Counted from the first letter of the stretch, positions 26,735-40,183 are shown. The stretch: 64,000 nucleotides of DNA from Paramecium tetraurelia (GCA_000165425.1 CT868061.1:1-64000); one strand, 5' to 3'. The notes: generated by a model not told the origin, from the sequence alone. A program made the numbers and translations.

Positions 26735-29700
26735 ATGAAACACAAAATACCAACTTTGGATCTACTCAAAACAACCAGACCAACCAGTAGAAATGATTCA
26801 AGACAATAATCTCATGTTTCTTTTCGCATCACTTTACAAACTCCTAAATCCACTGCACGGTATAACCATCCCCAGACTTCGAGAGTGTTAGAGTAATCCT
26901 TATTTTAAAATGATATTTCGAAACTCAAATCGAAACATCGGAAAGTTAAGACAGAGACTGATCCTCTTGTGTTTTGGGATTAGGTTCAAAACTATGGACA
27001 CTTGAGAACCATAGAACCACCTAGGTTTAATCAGGAAAAGCAAGCTTAATTGTACTAAAAGTTGTAGAGGATGAAAATTGAAAAAGAGGAAAAAATTAGA
27101 AAGGAGTAAGAAGAAAGAGAGAGAGTCAAGCTATTAGAATTGGAAAGGAAACATAAGGAGTAATAGGCTTAGGAAATAGAAAAAAAAAGAATGCTGGACT
27201 CTTAAAGATATCAAGAGTATTTGGCTGAAAAATACAAAATAGATAGACGATTCACCATCTTCACCTTGGTTAATGCCATCATGTTGCGAAAATTACATTC
27301 CAAACCAACTTCGTTTAAATTAGCCAAATTGATCGCCAATCAATATCTAAATCTCTTAAATTACAAAGCCATTTTACACAAAATAACCATGCAACACTCC
27401 TAACCCTTACAAATCTCTCAAATCCTCCAAGGCAATGCTGAGTAATTGGCATAATTGAAGAACATATAGCATCGATTGAATGAGGGTTTGATACTCAAAA
27501 GAAAATAAACCAGAGTGTACTTAAATAAACAAAAAACCATCTTTGATTAAAGCCAAGCACCACCTTAGTTTTCAGAACCTGTACTCAAACGCATCCGTTT
27601 TTTATAGGCTTGTCTAAGATTGAAGGTGTTTAAATTGAATAAAAAAAACGTTGAACCCAAATAGAAAGTTAAAAGCAATAGAGTGCATCCCAATAGAGTC
27701 AAAGCACTTAAAAAACGATTGGATGACATCGATTTTATTAAAGCCAACTCTCCCTCTTTCAATAGTCCATTATCATCTCCTGGACAACCTGTTGCTAATC
27801 CTTTAGGTTTGTTTTGCACACTCTATAAAGTTGCAGACACTCTGAAAAATTACGATAGAATTAAAAATCAAAAAATGATACAAAAAACTAATGATTATTT
27901 AGTCAAGAGAGTATAATCTTTATATTATCCTGTAATTAGATATGTCTCTATCTTCTTTAAAAATGTTGTTGTCTGGTCAATTCAATATTCTGATATTACC
28001 TTGGATCGAACTTGCATTGTATTATTTTTTAAAGGTGAAGGCAGATCTTAATATTTCTATCGTCTGGACATCCCTATTGGGGCTATTCAAAAGGAAGATA
28101 TTGGAGAATAGAATTGTATAACTGTCTGGCCAACTGTTCGTGATTATCTGATGAGTTATCTAGAATTAAAAGGACAATTAGCTCTATTAAATCAAACCAG
28201 ATATGGATGCGCCAAAAATTACAAGTTGAATTTCATCTAGGGCCTATCAATGCGTTCTAGAAAGAATATCACTGAAGAAGACATCAATGCTATAGTGGAA
28301 ACCAAGGAAATCCTAAATTATCTATAGACATCACAAATAGTGAGAATACGGAAGATATTTGGATCGGTCTACGAGTTATTACCTTAATTCTAAGATTGTA
28401 ATCTTCTTTCTGATGCCACTTAATACATTTTGAATTTACCTCTAGTTCATGATACAATTTTACAATTAAGAATACTCGAACAGTAGATCCTAGAATATCG
28501 ACGTAACATCTATAAAAAACCATCGGATTTATCAACAAGATATAGGGATTTCATTGAAAAAAATAAAAGTATACTCAACTAAATTCTGGCATTCCGTTTT
28601 GTTCATAATAACAGTGTCTTTTTTTAGGATTAAATGCTTGAAGATATCTATGAACTCTCCCATAAATCCATTTACATACAATGTGCAAATATCAACATCC
28701 AAGATATTTTGAATCATTATGACTTTTAAATCTGCAATTAAATCAGCAAATATTGTCTGATTAGTTTACATCTAACACTCAAAAGCCAATTCCATTTTGA
28801 TGATTTACTGTTTAATGCATAGAAACATTCAGTCCGAACAGGATTTCAAACCATAACTGATTTCTTTGATGTAGATTACACACACTTTGATTGGAAATTT
28901 AAACTGGAGTACTTCAAAGTGAGAATTGAAGTGACTGTATTCGAAAGGGATAAGTCACTTAAATGGAATGAAAAGCAACTCCTTCAAGACATTAAGCAAT
29001 CAAGAAGTGAGCGTGCATTCAAACCATTGAAAATGAAATTGGATGATTTCTGTAAACTAGGATAGGCTCTATAAGAAACTACATTCAATAATGGTGACAT
29101 ACAGTAATGCAATTTCGATTAGATACTTAAAAACATAATCTCTGAACAGTGTTCATATTCATAGGTGGCTGATTTAGTCTTAAAAAATGCATTTACATTA
29201 GACATAAAAAATAGAAAGATCATCATCCAACCCAAGTATCTTCACATTCTATCCAAAACTCATAATTTCATTTAAAAAATGGATCATCAAAGTCTGTACA
29301 ACAAAATCGATTGTGTGTTTAAATATAGTGTGTATCCAAACGAGTAGCTTGACATTAGAAGGGGCTACGAAAATAGAGAAAAGGAGAATCAAATAGCATA
29401 ACTATTGCCGTTTAATAAGTTATTTCAGGATATAAATCAAATGGATATGAGAATAGCTGTTGAAGGGAGAAAAATTGAATAAGTTACTGATTATGCTTTT
29501 GACTTTTAAGATTAGTGGAGTGATTTACACAAATAAACTATGGTTTACAATAAATACTAATTTTTTGAAATGGCTACAAGGAAGTTTTTGTTTATTGATC
29601 AGACCAACTTCATGAAGATAATTTATATCAAAAAAAATCAATCACCAATAATATTGTATTTACATGATTATCATTTAATTCATCAAATTTCTAATTGTCA

Positions 29701-32050
29701 GCGAATGAATAAACATTAAAAATGCTAAATCTTAACTGGAATTATACGAGTGTTATATTCCCCCACCTCCTTTTTGTATCTGAAGGATCACCAATTTTAC
29801 AATTATCTCAAGGCCTAGTTGCCAAATTATCATCAAATAAAAGTCCTATTGGTAAGCAATTCAAAGAAGTTATTGCAATTTTTGGACAGACTGGATTATA
29901 TATACATATTGAAGTTATGGAACAATCAATCATGTTATGTTCATGTTAAGGTGTATTACTTATAGGATCATAAGCAAGAAAAAGGTTCAGAGAAAATATA
30001 CATTTATGATGGAGAGCACTTGTTTGTCAGTGTAGAATTGTACGAGTTCAATTCTAAATTGAAGAAATACATTTTATTATTTAATAAGTTTGATTTAGAA
30101 TTGTAGTTTGATGTTGAGAAGTATTTTGATTCAAACATCATATTCAATTGGTGTAAGGCCATCATATCAAATACTAAATTTGATAAGAGATTCTTGTATA
30201 GAGTACCCTAGATTATGAAGTACAATCAAAACTAATCCCCTGTGAATTTCAATAAATTTATGCTCAATTCCTTTTTTAATAGGCAGCAATCTCTTAATGT
30301 GAATTACAATGAAAAGGTGACCAGGTGCACATTCAATGAATTTCCGAAAAATAACTTTGATTAAAATATTACTGATAAAAATTATTTGAATACTGTACAT
30401 AGAATATTTAGAGTCATAGGACATTATACCTAAAAGTTTTATTTGGTAAAATAGAAAAATAAGAGGAAGATAGTAAATGAATAGCGATATAAAGATATGA
30501 AGAATATAAAATTACTTAAGTAGGAGTTTGTTATTATTTCTATACTTGCTCATACTTATTTAGATATGTTCCAAATTATCTATTATTTTCCAAGAAGTAA
30601 AAGAAAGTTAATGACTTACATCAACATTTTGCACTTTTAGGAGATGGATTTTAAAGATCATGTCATCTTCAATTTGATTGACAATTCTTAATTCACTGAT
30701 TACAATGATTTATAAAATAAGGAAAAAGTACATCATTAAATTATTAAAAAACACCCATAGTTAGATATGAATTTAATCTAAAAGATCAAATTAATGAAAA
30801 AAACTGAGCAATCCCCTTTCGATTTGCAATCTGCAAAATAAAAGAAAAAGTTTCAATCTAGAATAGGATTTGCCTAGGTTAGTAATGAGATTTTGATGAA
30901 AAACAAAGTAATTAAGTAGGCTATTAGTCAGAATAATTAAATCTCAGAGAAGGTGATGAAATTCTTGGGATTTTCCAGGAAGTTGCATGATCATGAGGAT
31001 AATCACAATAAAATGATAGAGATATAGATTTGGAACAGATTGTTGAATGAAGTATTTTTGTTGAATATGGATCATGAGAAGAACTTCAGTAATTTCAATA
31101 CCTTGATGGACAGATTGCTGGAAACATTCGAAGATTTTGCAGAGTAAAAAATCAAGATCATAGGTAAGGAACATCTAATGAAGAGACAATCTATGGAAAA
31201 TTCAAGATATAATTATAAAGTGTAAACAGAGTTAACAGAGAAATTTGAAAAATTGATAATATCCAATCATGTTAGAGTCACTTAGCAATTCAAATTTTCA
31301 AAGAGCAGATATATCTTGAACACCAATTGCTTTGACAGTTAGATAATGGAGTTTATTTGCAGTGCTTAATTTCGTATTGAAAGATTGGGATCAGCTTATG
31401 TGGAGTGTTTCTTAGAACCTTTGAATAACAAGAGAACGGATATCTTAAAACCTTTAAATCCGATGCCTTATTCTTCATCCTCCAATTACAATATCTATTT
31501 TCGATATTATTGCTTGACCAATTATTTCTTCAAGGATGTTAGAGTCAATCTTAGGGAACTATTGAATTTATTCATAGCAGATGGCTTTTTCAAATCTTAG
31601 ACCAATTATATGAATAGCAAATTGTCCATATCTGATATCATCAATATGTGTCATTATTTGACTTACAAGATCAAGACATAAAACTATCTGAATCTATCAT
31701 AATTGGCCTTGCAACATTAAGAAACTGAAAATACTCTGAGAAAATACATTATTACTGAGAGTGTAGATTAATTCTAGACTGATAAAAAGAAGGATGGGGA
31801 AGGATACATTTATAGCGAAGTGATAAAAAAGAAGAATAAACATCTGGTGTTATTGTAATTATAATTATTCCATACATAACACAAAGTAATTGTAAATATG
31901 TTTGAAAATAAGACGGATTACTTTTAGCAGAAGGAGTTGACATTCACTTATATTTAGTCAGTCGTCCCTAATTTTTAATTCCTTATAAAGACACGCAATT
32001 TTTTCAAGGCTCTCCAAAGATTGATGGAAGTACTTAAATATAAATAATGA
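26735..32050 (+). CDS. Large (~1770 aa) hypothetical protein with N-terminal coiled coil
   Basis: ATG-to-TGA span divisible by 3. ORF-track fragments at 27221, 27683 and 31385 share this frame. No domain recognised. Confidence 0.7.
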
Positions 32051-32095
32051 TGATACTTATTTATATAAATATTTTATTATTAATAATAATAAATA

Positions 32096-32296
32096 ATGAG
32101 CTCAATCTAATCAGGATAATTATTCGTCAGCCAAGCATTTAAGAATTGCTTTAACTAGCTTGTTCCAGACATGAAAAAATTCAATGGTCAATACACAGAA
32201 TAAGATCAAGATGCCATGACAAATTGCTTAGTCAGATATATTGACAGCTTCAGAACAACTTAGAAGGTGTTCTATTAGACTCATGAACAGGAATGA
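32096..32296 (+). CDS. Small Tim-family (Tim8/9/10/13-like) mitochondrial intermembrane-space chaperone, 66 aa
   Basis: ..AFKNCFNQLVPD..TEQDQDAMTNCLVRYIDSF.. matches the CFxxC..L...E..C..NC..RY pattern, with the inner Cys replaced. Confidence 0.65.
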
Positions 32297-32495
32297 GGCA
32301 AATACATATATTTATCAATAAAACAACATTTCATTATATTATGCAAATATCTATAGAAAATATTTCTTTCGAAGCTTCGTCTCCATTGTTGAAATGATTA
32401 GCTGCAATTCATGCGTGACTAGACAATTAAATTGCAATTGATTAAGTAAGTGAAATGAATCAATTTAATTCGATATTTAATCTATTTTATTAAGT

Positions 32496-34034
32496 ATGAA
32501 TGAGACTGATTTATTGAGATGTAAAAGAGAGCAATTTCACACAGAAATCAGAAGAAATCACTTAGAAAAGATATTCAATGTCAAAAGAAAAGTATCAAAT
32601 TCCGATGCCCAGATTTCTGCTTATTACACTTAGTAAATGCATCACATGGGGAAAATTAAATTACTAGATCTACTACTCCTAATTAATGAAAAAGTCAATA
32701 AACCTGTAGTTGAAATGGTTTAAAATGACCTTGGTCTTCAGCTGAGTAAGTTGCTTAATTTAAATGAACTCTATTCTAATTGGGATTTATTCAAAAACAT
32801 ATTGAACTATCTACACATTTTAGTGCAATTGCCAGACGAGCATTTGCAAAACTACCCAAAATTTAACGAGATGTTAATATCATTTAGTTAGCTATTCATC
32901 CTTTTGGAAGCTGATATTTTTCGAAAAGGTTTTTGCATAAAGGGGAACGATCAGAACTATCCATTAGAAGCAGGTTATGATGATATATCTCGATTGTCAT
33001 ATGCCTTTATTAAGATTGATTAAATCCTAATGTATTCATCAACTACATTTTAATCAAGAGGAGAACTATTGCGAAATAAATTGTTTGTGCATAATCTCTG
33101 TCATGCTTTCCATGTATATAGATATATAATAAATTATACTAGATCCAAATGGATAATAGTGTGCTTGAATTACATTTATAACTGATAACATCTTTGCTAC
33201 AGGACTTGTACAAATAGGATAATGATTGTCGAAAACATGCAGAAGTGTTCCTTAAACCCATTTGCAGTGCATTGTCTACTAAAAATTTGGATAAGCTAAA
33301 TTATCTATTATAAATATTGCTCAATTTGGCCTTTGTGGGAATGCATAATGGATATGTATAAAATATAATTTAAGGACTAGATTAATTCAATATTTAAATT
33401 CAACGGAGCCCTGGAATTGATGTAAATCTTGAATGAAGGCTTGAATGATTAATTGACTTTGAGAATTCTGGCTGAAATTGCTTAACAAAGTCCAGCCCAT
33501 ATTGAGATTTTGATAAAAAATGGATTGCTTCAATAATTGAAATTGAAACTATGTTCGAATAAGTAATTATTATATATATCTAATGATTATAGTAAATTGG
33601 TTTTGAATTAGGCTTTATGGGTCTTAGAATTCTGCATATGTGGAGCAAAACAGTTTTACGATGTCATATTTGCATAAATTGACATTACAAATTATGTTAT
33701 CCAATTACTGAACTCCCCCGATGAGTTGATACATGTTTAAGCTTGTTTTACTTTGTGTGCTTATCTTTAGAAAGGTAACTTTTAGTAAACTCAATAATTG
33801 TGTTAATCGAAAATACATCTAAAAGTATTTTAATTTTTGCAATTGAAAAATGTGGAATTGAATTAGGCTATCCTTGAAGCGATTATTGAGATATTGAACA
33901 AGGAAACGTGGTAGAGTAGTCAATATTCATTGATATCGTCATAAGAGAGGGAGAATTTACGTTTTGTTTTGGAGAGACTCGATGAAGACCAATCTATTTT
34001 TTCAATGATAAATAATTTATTGTCATATTTATGA
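32496..34034 (+). CDS. Divergent importin-alpha-like ARM-repeat protein
   Basis: N-terminal IBB-like LRCKREQFHTEIRRNHLEKIFNVKRK; ARM-like helices (QALWVL, QACFTL); several tiny introns. Confidence 0.6.
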
Positions 34035-34059
34035 AATTAAATAATAATTATTATAAAAA

Positions 34060-34383
34060 ATGCCAAAAAATTATTAAATTGGTGCAATTAATTATGAAGA
34101 CATCAAATTTGATACTGAAGATGAATAATTTTTCAATTTTCAATTTGAAGCACCTTAAAGATGGTTATCAGACAATCCGTGTATAAATGACTTTTGGTTT
34201 AAAATTCCTCATTTGGTCCATAAGAAAGTAATCTCCAATTATCCAACAATAAGGAGATGTCTTTCAGTCGGTAAAAAGAGTATAATTGAATTGAAGAAAT
34301 AAAATCAGTATAAGTATTTCTTGAAATATGTTGTGGAAAAGAAGAAATGTTCAGATTATATTGAAAGCACAATAAAGAAATGA
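34060..34383 (+). CDS. 107-aa protein with TPX2 Aurora-binding-like motif
   Basis: Intronless ORF; FNFQFEAPQRWLSDNPCINDFWF followed by a basic C-terminus. Confidence 0.6.
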
Positions 34384-34571
34384 AATGTCTAATTTTACTT
34401 TGTGAATGATTTATTTTCATATATATTTATCTTGATATAGTGTAATATATTGTTAAAATGAGTTGCATGTGCGAGATAAGGAAAAGAAGTAGAGTGAAAA
34501 TTTAGTTGAATTACTATTTAAATTAATGTGATGCATATATTAATATATACATAAAAATCAAGATAAGGAAA

Positions 34572-36188
34572 TCATGATGTATAATTTGAAATGACATTTG
34601 GTAATGATTTGGGGATGTTTTTAAATTCTTAGGCTGTCTTGTTTAATAGATTTTCTGATTTGTATGCTTTTTAAATATTTTGAAAGGCTTTGTAATGGAT
34701 GATTTCAATTGGATTTAAGTATAGAATTTTAGAGCCTTCTGGTTGATCCTGCAATATCTGAGATGATTGTAAATTGAGGTAGTTATCGAGGTTGGAATGC
34801 TAGTTGCTAACATTTGGTTTGTTGTATAAACTTTAATTCTCTTCGACACCGCAAATGAATGAACTAAATTTAGAATCATTAATTTCACTAATTATGCTTA
34901 ATTATGTTTTTTAATTAATTAATCCAGAATCAAAAATTCTAACTTCCTTTTAAAAATATTCTAAATTATCTTGGATTTGATTAAGTTATCTATTGATAAT
35001 TTGAAGTATTTATTCTTTGGAACAAAAGTAGATCATATTCTTTTCTATATTAACTAAACAAGGAGTCAATTCTTCAGTAGTTATTTGATCATCCTGAAGA
35101 TGTCCTACAGCATACTTGACTATCGTTGATCGTTTCATTTGTATTCTTTCATTCTTCTCAGGATCTTCAACGATAGAACTCCTCAGAAATTCAGTTTATA
35201 TATTTTCATTATCTTTCAATTACCTTTGTCTCCAAATAATTTTATTCTTGAGCACTTCAATAGCTTGAATCTATTCCTCATTCAGATTTTATCCTGTGAG
35301 ATTCCCCAACATAGTTTCTATAGTTGCATTTTATCCATTTTGTAACCTAAATTTAAACTGGATTAAATTACTTTAAGATTAAATCCTTTTCTCGTTTTAC
35401 TAAACTATTGAATCTATTTTTCACATTATTTTCACTTCTGGTCCCATTGAATAATTTTGAAATATCTGCCCATCTTCTACCCTGTTCCTGAACATAATTG
35501 AGTAACTGAAAGTCCTCATCATCCTTCCAAGGATCCCTAAAAGTCAATCTAACAAATACTTCCGAATTCTTGGATTTAAATGATTCAGCCATCTTTCTCT
35601 GCACTATTTACTTGATCTATAATTCCTACTATGTAAATTCAACTCATTTGCAATCAAACTCCATTTCTACCCCTATTCACATTCCTAATATTTGTTGATG
35701 ATATTAAGTAATGCCTGATCCTCCTCTTAAGTGAATGGCTTTGATTGCAAATCAGTCTTTTATAACTATGACCATTTCTACTTACATTAGACAGCATCTC
35801 TCCTATAAACCATTTCAGATACATCCTCCCAGAATTCATCAGGTAAATCTCTTATGTCCAAATCTTGAGCCTAACTCAATTTACCCACTATCCAAATTAG
35901 CACTTTCTTTTCTTCTATCGTCCAATTCTTCTTCTTATGCGATAACAATCCACTGCTAACATGAAGGTTGTGTTGGATTTAAGATATTTCATCATCCGTA
36001 GGAAACTAGGCTAAATTAGTGTTGAAGAATTCCTGCATGTATAAAAATTGGCTATAAGGTTATCCTGCATGAGATTAGAGGAATTCCAAAAACTTCCCAT
36101 AGCTCCCCGATTCTGAAACTGAGTTGTTTCGCTTTTTCGTAAGTTTCTCAATTTTTCTGGAAGACAAAGAACGACTTGATTTTAACAT
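34572..36188 (-). CDS. Myb-family DNA-binding protein (tandem Myb repeats)
   Basis: KQCRERWLNHLNP, DPWKDDEDFQLL..GRRWADISKLFNGTRSENNVKNRFNSL and preceding repeats; tiny introns. Confidence 0.88.
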
Positions 36189-36211
36189 ATTTTATATTTT
36201 ATAAAACAAAG

Positions 36212-36682
36212 TCAAATAATATGATCAGGTTTAAACACTCCTGAATTGTACAATAACACAGTTTCTTTACTAATCTGAGGTTACCATGACTTACTCCATT
36301 AATAAAGCAATTGTTGCAATTTTTACTTTTATTCTATCCTCAAACATTCCTATTTCGATGAGAGATTGCCCAACATCTGCAATGCAAGCACTTTCCAAAA
36401 TTCAGACTTCATCAATAACTTAATCTTCTGGTGCAATTGAAAGGCCACCTTCTGATTCAATTTATTCACACAAGGTCCTGTGATTGTCATCAGCCTCAAC
36501 AAATACAAATCGTCCTCTGATATCAATATTTCTTCATATGCCTTGTTGATGTCCCCTGCATCCAAATATTCCAAAGCCTTATTCCATTCAGCCACCTATA
36601 CCACAGCAGGCTATTTAGGTTTCTGTTCTCTCTATGCATTTGCAGGAGGATTTTTTATGAGATCTTGAAAGTTCCTTCTCAT
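36212..36682 (-). CDS. 156-aa protein resembling the TORTIFOLIA1/SPIRAL2 C-terminal domain
   Basis: WNKALEYLDAGDINKAYEEILISEDDLYLLRLMTITGPCVNKL matches the recalled W..A...l..GD...AY.E.L...DD..L.kLM...GP....L motif. Confidence 0.7.
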
Positions 36683-36702
36683 TTTATATTTATTTTATTG
36701 TT

Positions 36703-38698
36703 ATGAGTTTATTAAACTTCAATCCTGCTGTGAGGAGTGAAATAACTACGTATGTAATCTATTATGTAAGGTAGTCCTCGGTCAAAAAAAGTATTGGCTA
36801 CTCTGGGTTTGGTTGTTCAAGATCTCTACTATCCTACAAGAGAAGAGATCCTACAATAGGGAGTCTAATTTGAAGATGTAGACTATTACGTAGAAGCCAA
36901 ATTGTAGCATATGAGTGAAAGAGTGGATCGATTTTTAGATCTAGTCAGATAAGAATACAATAATAATTCTGAAGAACATGAACGAAATGTAACTTATAAT
37001 CTATGCTCTAGTCTCAATCTAGTCAATTGTAATTGAGTCAGTCTTTTATGTAAAAGTAAGAACAGATACTTAGAACGTTGCAAAACAAATAGAAAATCGA
37101 AATTGAAAGAGAAATATAAACTGAAATGAAGATCGAAGAAATGAAAAGGAAGAATCAATTTAAGGAAAAACGCATAGAAGAGTTAAGAAAAATGTAGGAG
37201 GAAGAGTTTCATCAAAGAATGCAAGAGAAGGAGGCGAAACTCAAATTGAGAGAACAGAAACTCAAATAGTCTAAATTACAAGCAGATATGCAAAATGAAA
37301 CTATCATGCGTAAGTTCTAAGAGGAGGAACTTAAGATCCAATAAAAACAAGCTAAATATGCCTTGTTAAAACAAATGGAGAGGGAGGAAAGGGAAAGAGT
37401 TATTATGGAAAAAATGAATAGGAGAGCCCAAAGAATGGCAGAACAAGAATAATAAGTGCAGCATGAAAACTAGATTAGATAATAGGAATACAATAAGAAA
37501 TTGTAAAATATGGAACAAATGCTGTTTGAGAAGTAGTAGTACATAAAATAATAAAATTAATTAAAAGAGGAAAGAGCTAGAGAAAAATATTAGAATGCTA
37601 CAGCTTTAAAATAATTAGAGACCTATTAAATTGAACAACGAATCCATTCCAAAGAAAAGGATATCCAAATGAGAAGTACGATGCAAGAATTCAACAGACA
37701 ATAATTGCTATAGCAAAAGAGAAATCAGGAATAGCAAAAACAATATATGATGGAATAAAAGAAATTCACAATTAGTCAAGAATAAAATAAAAGAAATCAA
37801 GAGTATTTTAGTTAGGAGAAGGAGAGGGAGTTGAAGAAATCAATGTTGGATGAGCAAAGGAAATAGAAGAGAGAAGAGTGTAGTCTCGTTTTACAATCCC
37901 ATATGGAGGAAGTTTAAATGGTATATTAATTGATTCTACAATATTAATTAGAAATAAAGATACCTAGATAAATAAACTGAATTGGAGAACCAAAGAATTA
38001 TGGCTTAAAAATAATAATAATTTTTAAATGCTGAAGAATTGAGATAACGAAACATCTAAAATATGAAGAGGAAATATGTTTAAGAATTACTAAAATTGGA
38101 AGATGCCTCATAGAATTATTAAATTCAAAAGAGAAAAGAATAATACAAAAATGCCACTTTATTAGAAGTATAATATTATGTAAATTACTTAGAGATTCGA
38201 AGAAACCGATAGAAGATTAAAATAACAATAGAGTGAATATTAAAAATTACAGGATACTAAAAAATAGATGGAAATTCAAATCCAAAATGAAAAGTTGAGA
38301 ATTTTAGCAGTATTAAATACTAAAGTTATTTAGAGGAATTTGATAAAAAGAAAAAGCAATTAGGTGAAGAAAGAAGTAGTCAGCAGGTTAGCTAAATAGT
38401 AAAGCCAAATCCAACCGAAAGAATATTAATCAACAAACCTATTAAAACTAAAAGTGCAACCAGTTTTCATTTACCTCCAGCTAAAGAATAAAAAGATCAA
38501 AAATTGAATTCAGAAATTAGATCTACCAATAACAAAAGTAAAAGAACTTTAGAAGAAAAATCTATGTCTACTACCTCTTAAAAGAAAAGACACTACTTTA
38601 TTTCTGAAGATACTATGAAGGCTGTCTCTTTATATGCAAATGGAGAAATCCTAAAACAATTTTAGATTGAAATACGTCCAAATAAAAAGAAGAGATGA
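36703..38698 (+). CDS. Long E/Q/K-rich coiled-coil protein
   Basis: Extended heptad/charged frame in code 6 with tiny introns; ends KKR*. Confidence 0.7.
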
Positions 38699-38887
38699 AA
38701 AATTTTGAACAGATTTTATATCTATTTATCAATATTAAAATCACTATATTAGTTTAATATTGATAAATTTCATTACAATTCAATTTCTATTTTTCAAATT
38801 TAATTAATGATTATTCTCACTATAATTACAATAATATCTATAACATATAATTATATACTAATATTAATTACAAATTATATATTATAT

Positions 38888-40183
38888 TCAAAAGTTTAAA
38901 TCTATAGATTATTTATGTAATGAAAATTATCTTTTTTTCTTTGATTAAAAAGTATTTTTGCCTTAACTCTAAATAGTTTGAGTTTGTTGTTTTACACTGG
39001 TCGGTCTCAAAATCACTTAATTCATTGAACTATTATTAACAAAGTTACTATTAGCCTAATAACTATTTGCTCTCATGCTTCTTTGACTTGCTATTTTCTA
39101 TATACATGAAATTTACTTGTATATTATCTTATCCTAATTTACGGAGCTTATTTTCGTATTTTATCAAAATCCTCTTTGATGAGTATATTCTTCTCAAATA
39201 TACCAAATTTTGGTTGTTCTCCTTTTTTACACTAATGTTAATATTAAAATGATTACATATTCCCCTTCTCCGCTTTGACTTCCCTTCTGCCACATACCGC
39301 TATAATAGGATCCATCGTTCCAAAACATCTTTCCAAATCCATGCCTCATATCTTCAAAGAAATTGCCTTCGTATCTACTACCAGTTTCCCATCTATAGAT
39401 ACCAAATCCACATTTTTTATCATAGACATATTCCCCCTCATAACAATCAGATTGCTAAGCATTTTTGTCCTTAATCCAAGTTCCTTTTCCATGTCGAAAT
39501 CCATTCATAAAGGTTCCATTATAATAGCCTCCTGAATTCCATGAGTATTCTCCTTGACCCTCTGGTTTTCCATTGGCATACTGTCCTTTATATATGTCAC
39601 CATTGGATAAATACTCAATTCCCTATCCATGCTTGAGATTATTGTGGAACTCTCCTTCGTACTTGTCTCCACTTTCTGTTACATAAACGCCATATCCATT
39701 TGGGCTTCCCATTTTCCATTCTCCGATATAAGAATCTTTATTCACTCCAACCCAAATTCCTTGGCCATGTTTTAAACCATTTAACCAACCACCTTCGTAA
39801 CTTTCACCATTTGCCCAATTAAATTTGCCCATTCCTTCTGGTTTTCCATTTATGTACATTCCTTCATAGATTGAATTATCTGGCAGCTTTTCATATCCTT
39901 GACCATGCTTCCTATCATTCTCAAAGTGCCCTTCGTAAGTTCTCCCATTGTTACAAATCAAGACACCTTTTCCATTTCTTTTTCCATTTGCCATCTACCC
40001 AAAATAGGACGATTCCTTATAAATTTTCAATGTGCAATTTTCCAACCTTTGTAGATTGCAATATTCAAATTGTTTATTGTGAGTCTTGTAGTTTAAAAAT
40101 CTTTGGATGAATTCCTCATTTTCTTCAGTTCTTTACTCTTTTAATACTCTAGTTTTCAAATTTGATTGATTACGGATTTTCAT
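38888..40183 (-). CDS. MORN-repeat protein
   Basis: Many YEGxWxNGxKHGxG repeats (39270-39994); start codon uncertain. Confidence 0.88.

Noticed and set aside
29722..29949. Alternative-frame ORF within the giant gene
   Set aside because: The main code-6 frame stays open through this region, so there is no need for a frameshift or overlapping gene.
32330..32470. Possible snoRNA in the spacer
   Set aside because: No convincing C/D box pair or H/ACA structure.
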